A DNA stretch of 64,000 nucleotides from a virus, in the IMG/VR virus record IMGVR_UViG_3300033568_000010, positions 1 through 64,000 of that record; one strand, given 5' to 3'. The notes under the pieces were generated by a model. That model ran no database searches. It was not told the origin of the DNA and saw nothing but the letters and a program-made list of their open reading frames with translations. Below are positions 9,369 through 19,433 of the stretch, one piece after another. The first letter of the stretch is position 1, and each line of letters opens with the position of its first letter. The position numbers and the translations under genes are program-made.

Positions 9369-9549
9369 AGACTATGAAGGGATAAACGAGCAAATTTTCG
9401 CTCTGACCTATCGGGGCCACTTTAACTCTGCCCACGTAGAATCAATGGTAACAAGTGAACGGAATTGGTTCTACTACCGTCTCATCAAGCAGATAGAAAA
9501 AGAGAATGAGGCAGCTAGAGGTCACTCTAGCAGCATGGAAGATGGCTAA
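9340..9549 (+). CDS. +1-frame extension of the chaperone gene (a frameshift product of about 321 aa would span 8583-9549)
   Basis: The +1 frame reads GLSFFALSPEDYEGINEQIFALTYRGHFNSAHVESMVTSERNWFYYRLIKQIEKENEAARGHSSSMEDG. There is no start codon before 9445. Its stop (9547-9549) overlaps an in-frame ATG of the tape measure gene at 9542. Confidence 0.4.
   Translation, partial: GLSFFALSPEDYEGINEQIFALTYRGHFNSAHVESMVTSERNWFYYRLIKQIEKENEAARGHSSSMEDG
9348..9354 (+). promoter_or_regulatory. Putative +1 recoding (slippery) site TTT-TTT-C
   Basis: Zero-frame codons are GAG TTT TTT CGC. tRNA-Phe on the second TTT can re-pair on TTC one nt downstream. The +1 frame is open from 9340 to 9549. Confidence 0.4.
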
Positions 9550-12500
9550 AAAATCGATAAGCGATCAAGCGATAGGCTTTACTCTAAAAGTAGAAGCAGG
9601 GGATGCTCTAGATGACCTGAAGAGCCTAGGAAAGGAGTATTCTAAGCTAGAGTCCCAAATAAAGAAAACTGCCCAATCTATAACAGAAGGCACTAACAAG
9701 ATTTTAGACGCTACGTCTAAAGCTAGTGATGCCGAAATTAATGTGGGCAGCGAAGCTACGTCCAAAAATATGGGGGCTACAGGGAAGGGTGGAAGAGATA
9801 AAAGATCCATGTTTGGAGTACCCACCATATCTGCCATATTAGCGATGACCAAGTCTACGCTAAAAAAACTAAAGACAGAGAGCAGCGTAAAGAAAGACTT
9901 AGAAGACTTGACGGGTGGAGCAGGGGGTCCTATGGACCCCACTGGCACCAATGCAATCACTAAAGAAGAGATGGAAGATGTCTTAAAGAGAGCATTCTCC
10001 GTAGGTAAGGGTGCAACGGAACAGGGCGTTGCCCTACCTAGAGAGTTCTATGATCTACTTGGCACAATAGAGCATCAGCTTGCTAAAGTGTTTGGTGTGG
10101 ATGTACACGAGGCATATAACACAGAGGCAATGAAGGGCACTATTACCAACGATACAATCGAAGAGTTAAACAAGTTACTTAAGGACGCTATCAACAGAGG
10201 AGGCCCTATCAATAGGGCAACTTCTACCTTAAAGCCAGATGCCAATACATCATATTCTCCTTTAGCCAACATGAAGGAACTCTTTGACGAGAGTGGACCG
10301 CAGGAAATCATACAACCTACCAAACAGCTATTCGGCATTTTTCAACTACTGACTGGGCAGATAGATAAGGCAAAAGAAACCTTTGGCGTATTTTCTATGG
10401 GAGCTAAAGGGCAGATGGCTGCTCTGGTTGCTGCTACTACACTCGTAGTCAAGGTATACTCTAAGTTTTATGATCAATTGATCAGAGTTGCAAAAGCTAC
10501 TCAGTTGGTTGGAAGTGAACTAAAGTCTGTTGAAAAATCCATGATGACCATTACCCGCACTACTGGAGCGGATGCTGACGTTATAGCTAATGCAATGTCT
10601 ACCCTTCGTGCCGGTGGCGTTGCTGTTGGTAAGGACTTAGAAGACCTAACAACACAAGCAGTAAAGATGGGTGCTATTCTTGGGCAAAACGCTGCTGAAA
10701 CCGCTGAGTGGATTGTAAACCTAAACAGGGGACTAAAGCTAAGCAAGAATGGTATCGATCAAGTAAATAGAGCTATGATCTTAACCATCCAGAAGGGTGG
10801 TGTAGCTGCAGATCAGCTGCAAGAAAATGTTACAGCATTAAAAGAATCATTTAGGCTCATGGAGGCCAGCACCTCTGGATTTACTGAAGCCAATAGAGTA
10901 AAGACTATCGAAGCCGTAATGGTTGCTACGCAGAAGTTAGGTAAAACCATGGGTGATACTGCTCAAGCAGCAGACCTATATAATGCAGCTACTAATAAGT
11001 ATTCAGAAGAGCAGTTCTCTATGCTGAAGGTGCTCTCTGAAGTTAATTCTGAATTCTCTGACAGTGAAGCACTATATAAAGCAATGTCAGAGGGTAGAGC
11101 AGATGAAGTATATTCAGATTATGCTAAGGCTGCTAAGCAGATCGTAGACACATATGGAAGTAATGTAGGGATGATTTCTTCTGTGTACGGAACATCTGCT
11201 CAGCGCATCGTTGATATGTCTAAACTTGCTTCTGAGTCTATCGTGGAAGAGACTAGTCTAATATCCAAGAAGTCAAAAGAAAATAAGGCCCTAATAGACT
11301 CTCAATACAAAGAGATGACTAATACCCTTTCCGGTATTAAAGATAAGATCTATAACATCTTCCAGATGTTTATTGCAAAGATAGGCAAGCCAATATTTAA
11401 GCCTATTCTTTGGTTCCTAGATAAATTCTACACCATGCTAACCCTTATACCAGACCCAATAACGGACATTGCTGGTGGTATTGCAGGAATAGCTCTTGGA
11501 CTAGCCACAGTGTTCAGTATCATAAAGGCGGTTACCGGCATAAGCGCACTTGGTGGCCTTTTGAAGAAGTCAAAAGAACTAACCAAGGTAGGGTTCTTCT
11601 CAACAGAAAATATAGCCAAGCTTAAAGCTTCATTCGGTACTGGAAAAGGTACAGGTGGTGTCATTGGTGGCATTAAAGAAGTCGCAAAAGAAATGCTCAC
11701 TCTAGGCAAAGCTACAGAAAAAGTAGCCGCTGCTACTACTAAGGCAGCTACTGCAGCTAAAGCTTTTAGCTTTGCTAAGTTTGCGAAAGCCAACGTGTAT
11801 ATGCTGCTCATCACGGAAACTCTAGGTAGGGCATATAAGGGGATCAGCCTGCTCATAACAGAGGGTAAGGGTCTAGAGCCAATACAGAAAGTGTTTGAGG
11901 GTCTTGGCAGAGCAGCAACAGCATTCAGTGAAGCAATGTCTGCTATATTCAGCGGAGACTTTGCAGGGGCTACTGTTTTCATTGAAAATTTTGGCAATGA
12001 AGTTGCTGCGTTTTTTGAGGATCTACCTGACAAGATAACAGAGTTTCTAGACAAGCTTCCAGAATACATAGCAAAATCGTTTGACAGTGACGGAGGTCTA
12101 CTCGTAGGCATAGTAGATGCCATCAGTAAAGTTCTAGAGTCCACTATGCTATTTGAGGCTGTTATTAAGGCAGGGTTTAAAATTGGAAGCGCTCTAGGTA
12201 CAGGGATGGCGAAAGCACTACCTCTACTGCTGGTAAAACCATTTACCACTGCAATCAAGATGGTAACAGAAATAGTGTTTGGTGAAGTAATGTCACTAGC
12301 AAAGAAGATATCGGACGCACTAAGCAAGATACCTATAATTGGAAGGTTCTTCACTAGTGGCAAAGACTTTGATGCTGGTGTGGCTGACATTAGAAATGGT
12401 GCATCTGCGGCATTAAATAAAGTAGAGGACACTAAAAAAGGGTTTATTGTTAACACTGCTACTACTGCAATGGGGGCTGCAAAGGGGATGTTAAGCGGGA

Positions 12501-12802
12501 TTAGCGATAGCTGGACTTCGGACTCTCCTGCCACTGATAGACCAAAGCCAGCGGCAGTACCAGCCCCAGCACCACAAACTAAGTCTACTATGGATGAACT
12601 AAAATCTATGTTCTCCATACCTAAGATTGAAGTACCGGCAGGAACAGCAATAGATACAGAGTCTACTAATAGAACAGCAGAAGCTACAGAGCAAACAGCT
12701 ATGAGCGTAAATGCCTTAGTAGATTTACTTAGAAAGGCACTTGCCCCTACTGTATCTATGGGTCCTGCTCCTTTCACACAAAACTTTAATGGTGGTAGAT
12801 AA
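9506..12802 (+). CDS. Tail tape measure protein
   Basis: 1098-aa, Ala-rich helical protein with hydrophobic segments (LIPDPITDIAGGIAGIALGLATVFSIIKAV), lying after the chaperone. Alternative start at ATG 9542. Confidence 0.8.
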   Translation: MRQLEVTLAAWKMAKKSISDQAIGFTLKVEAGDALDDLKSLGKEYSKLESQIKKTAQSITEGTNKILDATSKASDAEINVGSEATSKNMGATGKGGRDKRSMFGVPTISAILAMTKSTLKKLKTESSVKKDLEDLTGGAGGPMDPTGTNAITKEEMEDVLKRAFSVGKGATEQGVALPREFYDLLGTIEHQLAKVFGVDVHEAYNTEAMKGTITNDTIEELNKLLKDAINRGGPINRATSTLKPDANTSYSPLANMKELFDESGPQEIIQPTKQLFGIFQLLTGQIDKAKETFGVFSMGAKGQMAALVAATTLVVKVYSKFYDQLIRVAKATQLVGSELKSVEKSMMTITRTTGADADVIANAMSTLRAGGVAVGKDLEDLTTQAVKMGAILGQNAAETAEWIVNLNRGLKLSKNGIDQVNRAMILTIQKGGVAADQLQENVTALKESFRLMEASTSGFTEANRVKTIEAVMVATQKLGKTMGDTAQAADLYNAATNKYSEEQFSMLKVLSEVNSEFSDSEALYKAMSEGRADEVYSDYAKAAKQIVDTYGSNVGMISSVYGTSAQRIVDMSKLASESIVEETSLISKKSKENKALIDSQYKEMTNTLSGIKDKIYNIFQMFIAKIGKPIFKPILWFLDKFYTMLTLIPDPITDIAGGIAGIALGLATVFSIIKAVTGISALGGLLKKSKELTKVGFFSTENIAKLKASFGTGKGTGGVIGGIKEVAKEMLTLGKATEKVAAATTKAATAAKAFSFAKFAKANVYMLLITETLGRAYKGISLLITEGKGLEPIQKVFEGLGRAATAFSEAMSAIFSGDFAGATVFIENFGNEVAAFFEDLPDKITEFLDKLPEYIAKSFDSDGGLLVGIVDAISKVLESTMLFEAVIKAGFKIGSALGTGMAKALPLLLVKPFTTAIKMVTEIVFGEVMSLAKKISDALSKIPIIGRFFTSGKDFDAGVADIRNGASAALNKVEDTKKGFIVNTATTAMGAAKGMLSGISDSWTSDSPATDRPKPAAVPAPAPQTKSTMDELKSMFSIPKIEVPAGTAIDTESTNRTAEATEQTAMSVNALVDLLRKALAPTVSMGPAPFTQNFNGGR

Positions 12803-13314
12803 TGGGAACACCTCCACGCATCATAGAAGACCAGTGTTGGATATTTGACACTGTAACGAAAGATAAAGTAGTGTTTCAGATGATGCCAGAAGTGTCCGAC
12901 AGTAAGTCGGTGAACTGGAACCCGATAGATATTGTGGGAAGATCCCACCCACTGTTGGCTTATAACTCATCAGGCCCACGCACATTTTCATTCACTTTGA
13001 CTTTCTTTGCCCATGCGTCTGTAAGAGATGATAGGTCAATAGAACAAATTAGCTCAGAGCTTAACTGGCTAATGTCACTAGCATATCCAGACTATGGAGG
13101 TGGGCAGGTTCGTCCACCTCACAAGTGCATTTTAAAACTTGGTAAACAGATCGTGTGGCCGGTTGTAGCACAAGACATAAGTATAAGTTATAAATCTATG
13201 TGGGCTAAAAACCTACCTGTGCATGCGGAAGTAAGCTGTACATTTCTAGAGTCAGCGATGAACGCCATATCTTACAGCCAAGTTAGAGGTGGCGGCGGTA
13301 CTGTAAATGGCTAA
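12802..13314 (+). CDS. Tube-fold baseplate protein (tube initiator, gp48/gp54-like)
   Basis: FQMMPEVSDSKSVNWNPIDIVGRSHPLLAYNSSGPRTFSFTLTFF matches the motif pattern of contractile-injection tube/initiator proteins. Its start overlaps the tape measure stop (TAATG). Confidence 0.5.
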   Translation: MGTPPRIIEDQCWIFDTVTKDKVVFQMMPEVSDSKSVNWNPIDIVGRSHPLLAYNSSGPRTFSFTLTFFAHASVRDDRSIEQISSELNWLMSLAYPDYGGGQVRPPHKCILKLGKQIVWPVVAQDISISYKSMWAKNLPVHAEVSCTFLESAMNAISYSQVRGGGGTVNG

Positions 13315-13328
13315 AGGTAAGGCTGAAC

Positions 13329-13682
13329 ATGAGCGAAAGTAATGAGCTTATCCCTGTTCGTGTAGAGGACAGCATAGTAGAGAATCTGCGTCACATTTGG
13401 CACAACATCTACATAACTGACGACAAAAAAAGAGAATACTTTGAAACGTGGGATGTTCCTAAAATAGAGTTTTCGGAAAATGATAGCTACCACCTTACTG
13501 TAGCTGGAGAGGAAGGACTAAAAGGCCTAACCTTACTGGCTTGGAAATATTATAACAGAGCAGATCTTTGGTGGGTAATTGCTGCAGCAAATAATATATT
13601 CATACCTACTGAAGAGGTAGTCCCCGGCGTAGAACTTCGCATACCGGCAAGATTAACTGTATTTACACAAATAATTACATAA
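13329..13682 (+). CDS. LysM-like tail protein (P2 gpX-like)
   Basis: C-terminus LTLLAWKYYNRADLWWVIAAANNIFIPTEEVVPGVELRIP is LysM-like. Sits in the typical position before the hub gene. Confidence 0.5.
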   Translation: MSESNELIPVRVEDSIVENLRHIWHNIYITDDKKREYFETWDVPKIEFSENDSYHLTVAGEEGLKGLTLLAWKYYNRADLWWVIAAANNIFIPTEEVVPGVELRIPARLTVFTQIIT

Positions 13683-13684
13683 TT

Positions 13685-15007
13685 ATGGCTTTAACTCCTC
13701 CATCCTACATAGATACCCCCCACGTAGCGTATGCTAGAGTATACGCAGGGGGAAAACTAATAACACTATATGATGATGGTAAACCATCTAACTTTGTGTC
13801 CTTCACCTTTGGAAGGTACTTTGACTCTGCATGGGCAATGACTTTAAACTTAGTAGATCCAGAGTGGGACAGAATAGAAAGTATACTTAGTGGCTTGGTT
13901 GGTAAGGCTGATGCAATCGAATGGACGTTTGGGTACGAGAACGAAGGCGGCATTAAGTCCAACATGACCTATAGAGGTATTTTGGATACCGTTCAGCCTT
14001 CTTTCATAGTAGACGGTATTGCTTTAACAATCGTAGCCAAAACAGACTCACCTTATGGGTCACTGCTTGCTAAAAAAAGTAAAGTATACCCCAACCCTAT
14101 AGATCAAAATGATGCTACAGATTTTAAAAGAATCTCTGAAATTGTAGAAGATATTGCTAAGAGAAGAAACTGGGCTACTAAAGGACATCCACAGCTTGGG
14201 AACACTGTAGAAAAAACCATAGAGCTTAAAGCGTTTGATCATCCTGCGCTAAGTACAGAAGTAAACATGAAATTTTTTCAGGGCAGAATGACCGACTGGG
14301 AATTCATTACTAACCAGCTAGTCCCTAGGGCGGTTAGTGAAGCTAAAGGCCTTGGCGGTTATGTGTGCTACCTAGAGACAATAAATGGCACTACCTATTT
14401 TCACTTTCATCCACCTGTGTTTAACCTTAAAGATATCCGCATATTTGAGTATATGCACGGAATACAGTCAGAGGTATTGAGCTTCCAAGTAGACTTTAGT
14501 GGTAGCAACTGGACAGCACTAAACGGGTCTAAAGAATTTTCTATGGCATATACTGACCTTGTTACTGGGCTTGACCACTGGATCTCTATCAACAATAAAA
14601 ATACACCAGACAAGCCACTACTGGCTGGGTATGAAACAGGTAGGTTGGTATCTACGCCTGCAACCCAGACGACACCCACACACAGTGAAAGACCTGCTGC
14701 AAATAAAAAGATAGCAGAAGCTCAAGCGACTGCTGGTTACTTTAGGGCTTTCTACACAAAGGTAAAAGCTACGCTTTCCATTGTAGGGGATGATAACCCT
14801 AATATTTGGCCGGGGGCTGTTATTAATGTTCTTGTAAGAACACCTCAAGGTAAAGTGCATTATACTAGTGGTAACTACATCATTACTGGGAAAGAAGATG
14901 TGCTGCAGGCTGGTGCTTGGACAACTACTTTAAGCTTAATGAGGGAAGGCCCGTTCGGTGTTTCTTCTGCACAAAAGCTTGAAGGTCTGTTGATTGGCGG
15001 TAAATAA
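13685..15007 (+). CDS. Baseplate hub protein (P2 gpD / Mu gp44 / T4 gp27 class)
   Basis: 440 aa, lying between the LysM protein and the spike. The call rests on size and synteny. Confidence 0.5.
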   Translation: MALTPPSYIDTPHVAYARVYAGGKLITLYDDGKPSNFVSFTFGRYFDSAWAMTLNLVDPEWDRIESILSGLVGKADAIEWTFGYENEGGIKSNMTYRGILDTVQPSFIVDGIALTIVAKTDSPYGSLLAKKSKVYPNPIDQNDATDFKRISEIVEDIAKRRNWATKGHPQLGNTVEKTIELKAFDHPALSTEVNMKFFQGRMTDWEFITNQLVPRAVSEAKGLGGYVCYLETINGTTYFHFHPPVFNLKDIRIFEYMHGIQSEVLSFQVDFSGSNWTALNGSKEFSMAYTDLVTGLDHWISINNKNTPDKPLLAGYETGRLVSTPATQTTPTHSERPAANKKIAEAQATAGYFRAFYTKVKATLSIVGDDNPNIWPGAVINVLVRTPQGKVHYTSGNYIITGKEDVLQAGAWTTTLSLMREGPFGVSSAQKLEGLLIGGK

Positions 15008-15009
15008 AA

Positions 15010-16983
15010 ATGGCAACTATATCATCACACGATACTCCATCCATGAACTTAACGTACATGGAGCGCAACGAAGACGTGTACGGAACTAAGTCTTCGCTAA
15101 ACGGCATGTATCGTGGAGTTGTGGTAGATAATCGAGATCCTATCCAAATGGGTAGGTGTAGAGTGCGGTGCTATAGCTTACATGGTGACGAGCAGGTAAC
15201 TCCTGATGACCAGATACCGTTTGCTAATTATATTACCCCAGAAGCTGGGTCAGACTCTGGTTCGTTCAGCCCCCCTGACGTTGGATCAAAAGTATGGATT
15301 CTTTTCGAGAGGGGAGATCCGCAGCTTCCTCTTTACATGGGCGGATGGATATCACAGTTGTCTGCAGGAGAAACTACTCCAGAGAGCGGAACTGCTACTA
15401 AGGTAAAGGGTGCAGCAAATGACCTTAAGCAGGGTGCTACAGACTCGAAAGCAAATGTTACGGCAATGGACAGCACCGGGGCTGGTGCTGTAGCTGTAGC
15501 AGACAAGGCACCTGTTGCTGTGAATAAAGTAGATGCGTCCACTAGAGAGCTAATTGACGCCGTAGATAATTTAGTAGTAAGCACACCTCCTACAGCTACA
15601 TCTATTGCGGACATTCCTGCTCCAGCTATAACAAAGTTTAACAACGCAGCTAAAGCTGCAGGTAATAGTGCAGGGTACTGCACTGACGTTAGCTCTGAAG
15701 GAAAGGCGGTAGCGGATTCAGCAGTAGCTGATGCTGGAGCGTGTGCTACAGCAGTACAGACCACCACAGCCCTAAAAACTAGCACACTAGCAAAGCTTGC
15801 ACCAGTAACTAGCGCTGGGGCTACGTCCTATAACACTGCCGAAAAAAGTTCAATAAAAGGAGCAGAAGATCTTTCTCTTCAAGCAGAAGAGCTTAGGCTG
15901 TCTGCTATTAGCAACTATGACCACAGCATTAATATGCAGAACTATACTGGGGCAATGCAGTCCAATCTAGACTCGCTAACCTCAGAAAGTAACAGTGTAG
16001 CTGCAAATGCGGCTGGCATTGATAGCTTATTAAACACATCTTGGACATACGAAGACTTTAGCTTATCGCTATATAGCTATAACTCATCTAACAGACAATC
16101 ACTTCAACGTGTAAATAACGATATTAGGCCTGCCGTAATAGATACGGCAGCAACAATTAAAGAGACAAATAAAAACTTACCTAAGATAAACGCAGCAGCA
16201 GACCTAAATAGAGAGGGCATCAAGGCTACCTCTGACTCTATAAAAGGTAAAGTTGCAAAGCGCATGGGCAAGAAAGAGGACGATCCCTCCTCTTGGCCTG
16301 TGCGTAAGCAGGACTTCAACGATGAGACTTGGGATGTAGAGCCGGGGTTAGAATCCCCGGTAGAGTCGCAAGTAATGTCAGCTAATGTTCCAAGTTTAAA
16401 GGTAATTAAAAAGAGTGCAAAAGGTCATACTATAATGTATGACGACATGGACAGCAAGGAATCGTTGCACATTATAGACAGAGCAGGAAACACAATCTAC
16501 ATGGACTGCGCTGTGCCGTCAGAGCTAAATGCTGGCAATAAGAACAAGAGAAAATCAAACTCTGCACTAAGCGATGACGCTATGTTACAGAGCAAGATGA
16601 GGGACGCGGGGTCCAAGGTAGGAATACGGGATCAAGCACAGAGTAAGGTAGAGCTAGACTCTAGAATAGGCTCAGAGAAGGTAGTACTGATAGCGAATGA
16701 TGGTAAGCGAACAGGGGTAGATAATGGGCAGAATAGGCAGGTCATTCAGCTGTCTTCTTGTGGCAACGTCATAACTATAGAATCTGTGCAGGGTGGAAAG
16801 TCTAAAGCCAGAATCGATGTGGATTCCGTATCAGGTTCGGTAACTATTACCACAGAACTATCAACAAATATACGAGCAAAGTACATTAGTATAAAGGCAG
16901 ACCACATAAACATAGACGGTAAGTGCAACATAAATGGAGATTTGACCATAAACGGAAGGGTCACTGGCGGGGGCATTAAGTGA
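15010..16983 (+). CDS. Central spike protein (gp5/VgrG/gpV-like OB fold, Ala-rich linker, C-terminal beta-helix)
   Basis: N-terminus GMYRGVVVDNRDPIQMGRCRVRCYSLHG is the spike OB-fold motif. C-terminus VTITTELSTNIRAKYISIKADHINIDGKCNINGDLTINGRVTGG is beta-helical. No lysozyme domain is visible. Confidence 0.75.
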   Translation: MATISSHDTPSMNLTYMERNEDVYGTKSSLNGMYRGVVVDNRDPIQMGRCRVRCYSLHGDEQVTPDDQIPFANYITPEAGSDSGSFSPPDVGSKVWILFERGDPQLPLYMGGWISQLSAGETTPESGTATKVKGAANDLKQGATDSKANVTAMDSTGAGAVAVADKAPVAVNKVDASTRELIDAVDNLVVSTPPTATSIADIPAPAITKFNNAAKAAGNSAGYCTDVSSEGKAVADSAVADAGACATAVQTTTALKTSTLAKLAPVTSAGATSYNTAEKSSIKGAEDLSLQAEELRLSAISNYDHSINMQNYTGAMQSNLDSLTSESNSVAANAAGIDSLLNTSWTYEDFSLSLYSYNSSNRQSLQRVNNDIRPAVIDTAATIKETNKNLPKINAAADLNREGIKATSDSIKGKVAKRMGKKEDDPSSWPVRKQDFNDETWDVEPGLESPVESQVMSANVPSLKVIKKSAKGHTIMYDDMDSKESLHIIDRAGNTIYMDCAVPSELNAGNKNKRKSNSALSDDAMLQSKMRDAGSKVGIRDQAQSKVELDSRIGSEKVVLIANDGKRTGVDNGQNRQVIQLSSCGNVITIESVQGGKSKARIDVDSVSGSVTITTELSTNIRAKYISIKADHINIDGKCNINGDLTINGRVTGGGIK

Positions 16984-19433
16984 GTATACAATCTACAATA
17001 GACAAGATGACTAGCAAGGATGGCGGAGGTCTAACCTCTGTTGTTCTGCATAACGAAGCTGGTGATGCTGTAATACCGGATAACGTTAACGTCAGTTTTT
17101 ATGATTGTAATATAGGTGTATTAACCTGCCCCAAGAACAATGCTATTTACATTGGTGGGTCTGAGCTAGGTAAGTCTAAGGTAAAAGAAATAAACCAGAC
17201 GGGTGGAAGTATAGTAGCGGAAAAGACAATTTTTACAGAAAAAAGTAAGTTTAAAGAGGGAGTTAGATTTACTAAAGTAGAAAATTGCTACTTTTCTGGA
17301 AGGCATGAAATAGAAGACAACTGTAGTGGTGACTTCTATAAGTGCAAATTTACAAGTAAAGACCCAGAGTTTGCTGTATCTGTAAAAGAAAAAAGCAACA
17401 TAGTATTCTCCCAGTGCTTATTCTACAATGTTACAGAGCTTGCACTCAAGGTAAGAAAGTATAGCAACGTCGAGCTTGTAGGAACCACTATAGAGAAAAG
17501 CTGTAAGTATGGCATTAATGCACAAGAAAATGCCAACATCACCGTAGGCATCGGTAGTGCTATAAAGCCTTGGAAAGTGGGCATCGAATCATACAAAGGG
17601 TGCAATATTGCCATGTTTGGAGCCAGCATTGATGCTGGTAGCTACGGTCTTTACTTAGGCAAAAGCCTAAAATTTAGCGCACAACAATCGAAGATAAAAG
17701 GCAACACTGCAGTATACGCAGATAAAAACAGCATCCTTGACCTGTTCAATAATGAATACATTACTGGAAACGTATATGGTATTCAGCTTAAAGAGAACAC
17801 TAAATGTAGCGTAACAGGTCTAGGAAAAGTAACCTCCATGGGTCAAACAGCCATAAAGCTGGAAAAGAACTCATCTATATCCTGCATAGACGTTCAGAAA
17901 ATAGAAGGGCTTGGAGAGCACGGTATCGATATGCAAGATGACTGTGAACTCAACCTTGTATCAAATGGAAGTGCAATAGTTAGAGGGTACGGTCAACACG
18001 GTATTGTAGCTAAAAATAACTGCAAGATAAATATAAACCAATATAACGAAGTTAAAGGTTTTGGTGGAGATGGCATAAACGCTAGTGAAAATACCAAATG
18101 CTACATCACAAATACAACAAATGTGCAGGGCCTAGCTGGGGATGGAATCAAACTGTCAGAGAAATGTACTCTATCCGCACAAGACGTAAAACAGATAGAG
18201 GGCACAGCCGGTAACGGTATTAGCGCAGAAAGCTCATGTAAGCTGCAGCTGCAAAGCATCAATCAGTGTAAAGGTGTGGCTGGGGATGGTATTAAGGTTT
18301 CTCAATCCAGCACATTAGACCTAGCATTCATGTCGCTTATTGAGGGTGTTGCTGGAAAAGGTATTAATGCAGAAGAATCTTGTGATGTAGTTTTAAAGGA
18401 GTGCTCGACAGTGAAAGGGGCACTTGGGGCCGTCAGCGTCATCACGTCTGGTAGCTTAGTCATGGACAAGGTACAGACCATACAGGGGGATGCTCCGTTT
18501 GGCATTATGTGTCAGAGCGGTGTAGATGTAAGATTGGTTGACTTACCTCTGATACAAAAAGGTGTATTGTTGCAAGACTGCATTTCATACATAAAAAACT
18601 GCAACATCATTAACGACGATGGCACTGGCCTTACGGTACAGGACGGAGAAGCGAAGCTATATAAAGTAAAAGCAATGGGAAGTGGCTCTGCCTCCTTGTT
18701 TGTGGGGTGTAAAATAGAAGCTACAGCCATGGACTTTACCCAAGCTATAATCTCACAAAATAGTGTATTGTATCTACACAACATAAACTTAGCTGGTAAC
18801 TTAGTAAGTTCAAGTGATAGCTATCATATTGATAAGCTATCCATGACAGGAAGCATGACCTTTACTCTGTCTGCTATCGATATCGAGGGAGGCAGCATTC
18901 TTGGCAGCATAACAGGTCTTACAGGTTCTATTGACTTAGAAAGAGTAAGCATGATTGGGTCTTTGGCTCTTACTGGATCGTCCACAGATATTGAGTCCTG
19001 CTCCCTTGCCGGTACTATTGCTTTGGCTGCGTCCTCTGCTGATATAGAGTGTACCCAAGTGGCAGGTGCTGCCGTTCTAACAGCATCCCACATGAAGTTA
19101 AAGACAACTGTGCTCCCTAGCTTGGCTTTATCTGGAATGTCGTCCTGTGACGTGCAGGGAGGGGTTGTAGGGGCAATTGTACTCGACCCCACCTCTTCTG
19201 CCATAGTTCAGTCCGTTCCAGTTGCTATTACAGGGGCTGGCAACGTAATCGCCCTTATGCCGGGGGCTGTTACCCCTACGATGAATCAGGTAACACTGGA
19301 TGTTTTAGGGGTACATATCTATAATATGTACAGAGCTAGTGTTGATTTAACACTAACTGATATCATAGAAAACACCATCACTTCTGGTGGTAATATCACT
19401 TTAATGTCTACTGTTGCAACAAAGGTACTATAA
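16980..19433 (+). CDS. Large parallel beta-helix repeat protein (817 aa) encoded between spike and PAAR genes
   Basis: GTG start overlapping the spike stop (GTGA). About 25-aa repeats of the form G-[DNHK]-G-I-x-a-x-e-x-C: GEHGIDMQDDC, GQHGIVAKNNC, GGDGINASENTKC, AGDGIKLSEKC, AGNGISAESSC, AGDGIKVSQSS, AGKGINAEESC. The C-terminus has a second short repeat type (GSITGLTGSIDLERVSMIGSLALTGSS). Confidence 0.7.
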   Translation: MSIQSTIDKMTSKDGGGLTSVVLHNEAGDAVIPDNVNVSFYDCNIGVLTCPKNNAIYIGGSELGKSKVKEINQTGGSIVAEKTIFTEKSKFKEGVRFTKVENCYFSGRHEIEDNCSGDFYKCKFTSKDPEFAVSVKEKSNIVFSQCLFYNVTELALKVRKYSNVELVGTTIEKSCKYGINAQENANITVGIGSAIKPWKVGIESYKGCNIAMFGASIDAGSYGLYLGKSLKFSAQQSKIKGNTAVYADKNSILDLFNNEYITGNVYGIQLKENTKCSVTGLGKVTSMGQTAIKLEKNSSISCIDVQKIEGLGEHGIDMQDDCELNLVSNGSAIVRGYGQHGIVAKNNCKININQYNEVKGFGGDGINASENTKCYITNTTNVQGLAGDGIKLSEKCTLSAQDVKQIEGTAGNGISAESSCKLQLQSINQCKGVAGDGIKVSQSSTLDLAFMSLIEGVAGKGINAEESCDVVLKECSTVKGALGAVSVITSGSLVMDKVQTIQGDAPFGIMCQSGVDVRLVDLPLIQKGVLLQDCISYIKNCNIINDDGTGLTVQDGEAKLYKVKAMGSGSASLFVGCKIEATAMDFTQAIISQNSVLYLHNINLAGNLVSSSDSYHIDKLSMTGSMTFTLSAIDIEGGSILGSITGLTGSIDLERVSMIGSLALTGSSTDIESCSLAGTIALAASSADIECTQVAGAAVLTASHMKLKTTVLPSLALSGMSSCDVQGGVVGAIVLDPTSSAIVQSVPVAITGAGNVIALMPGAVTPTMNQVTLDVLGVHIYNMYRASVDLTLTDIIENTITSGGNITLMSTVATKVL

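Noticed and set aside
9348-9385. Conventional -1 frameshift at the TTTTTT run
   Set aside because: The -1 frame hits TAA at 9383-9385 after only a few codons. Only the +1 frame gives a long extension.
11428-12948. 506-aa ORF on the minus strand
   Set aside because: It lies entirely antisense to the Ala-rich tape measure gene, whose GCN-rich codons keep the antisense frame open. It has no SD or context and a low-complexity translation.
15333-15785. 150-aa minus-strand ORF
   Set aside because: It is antisense to the Ala/Thr-rich linker of the spike gene, the same compositional artefact.
17850-18500. Nucleotide-level repeats (GGNGATGGNAT...) suggesting a repeat array
   Set aside because: They are in frame and correspond to the ~25-aa beta-helix protein repeats. 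They are degenerate at third positions, with no spacer/repeat regularity of CRISPR type.
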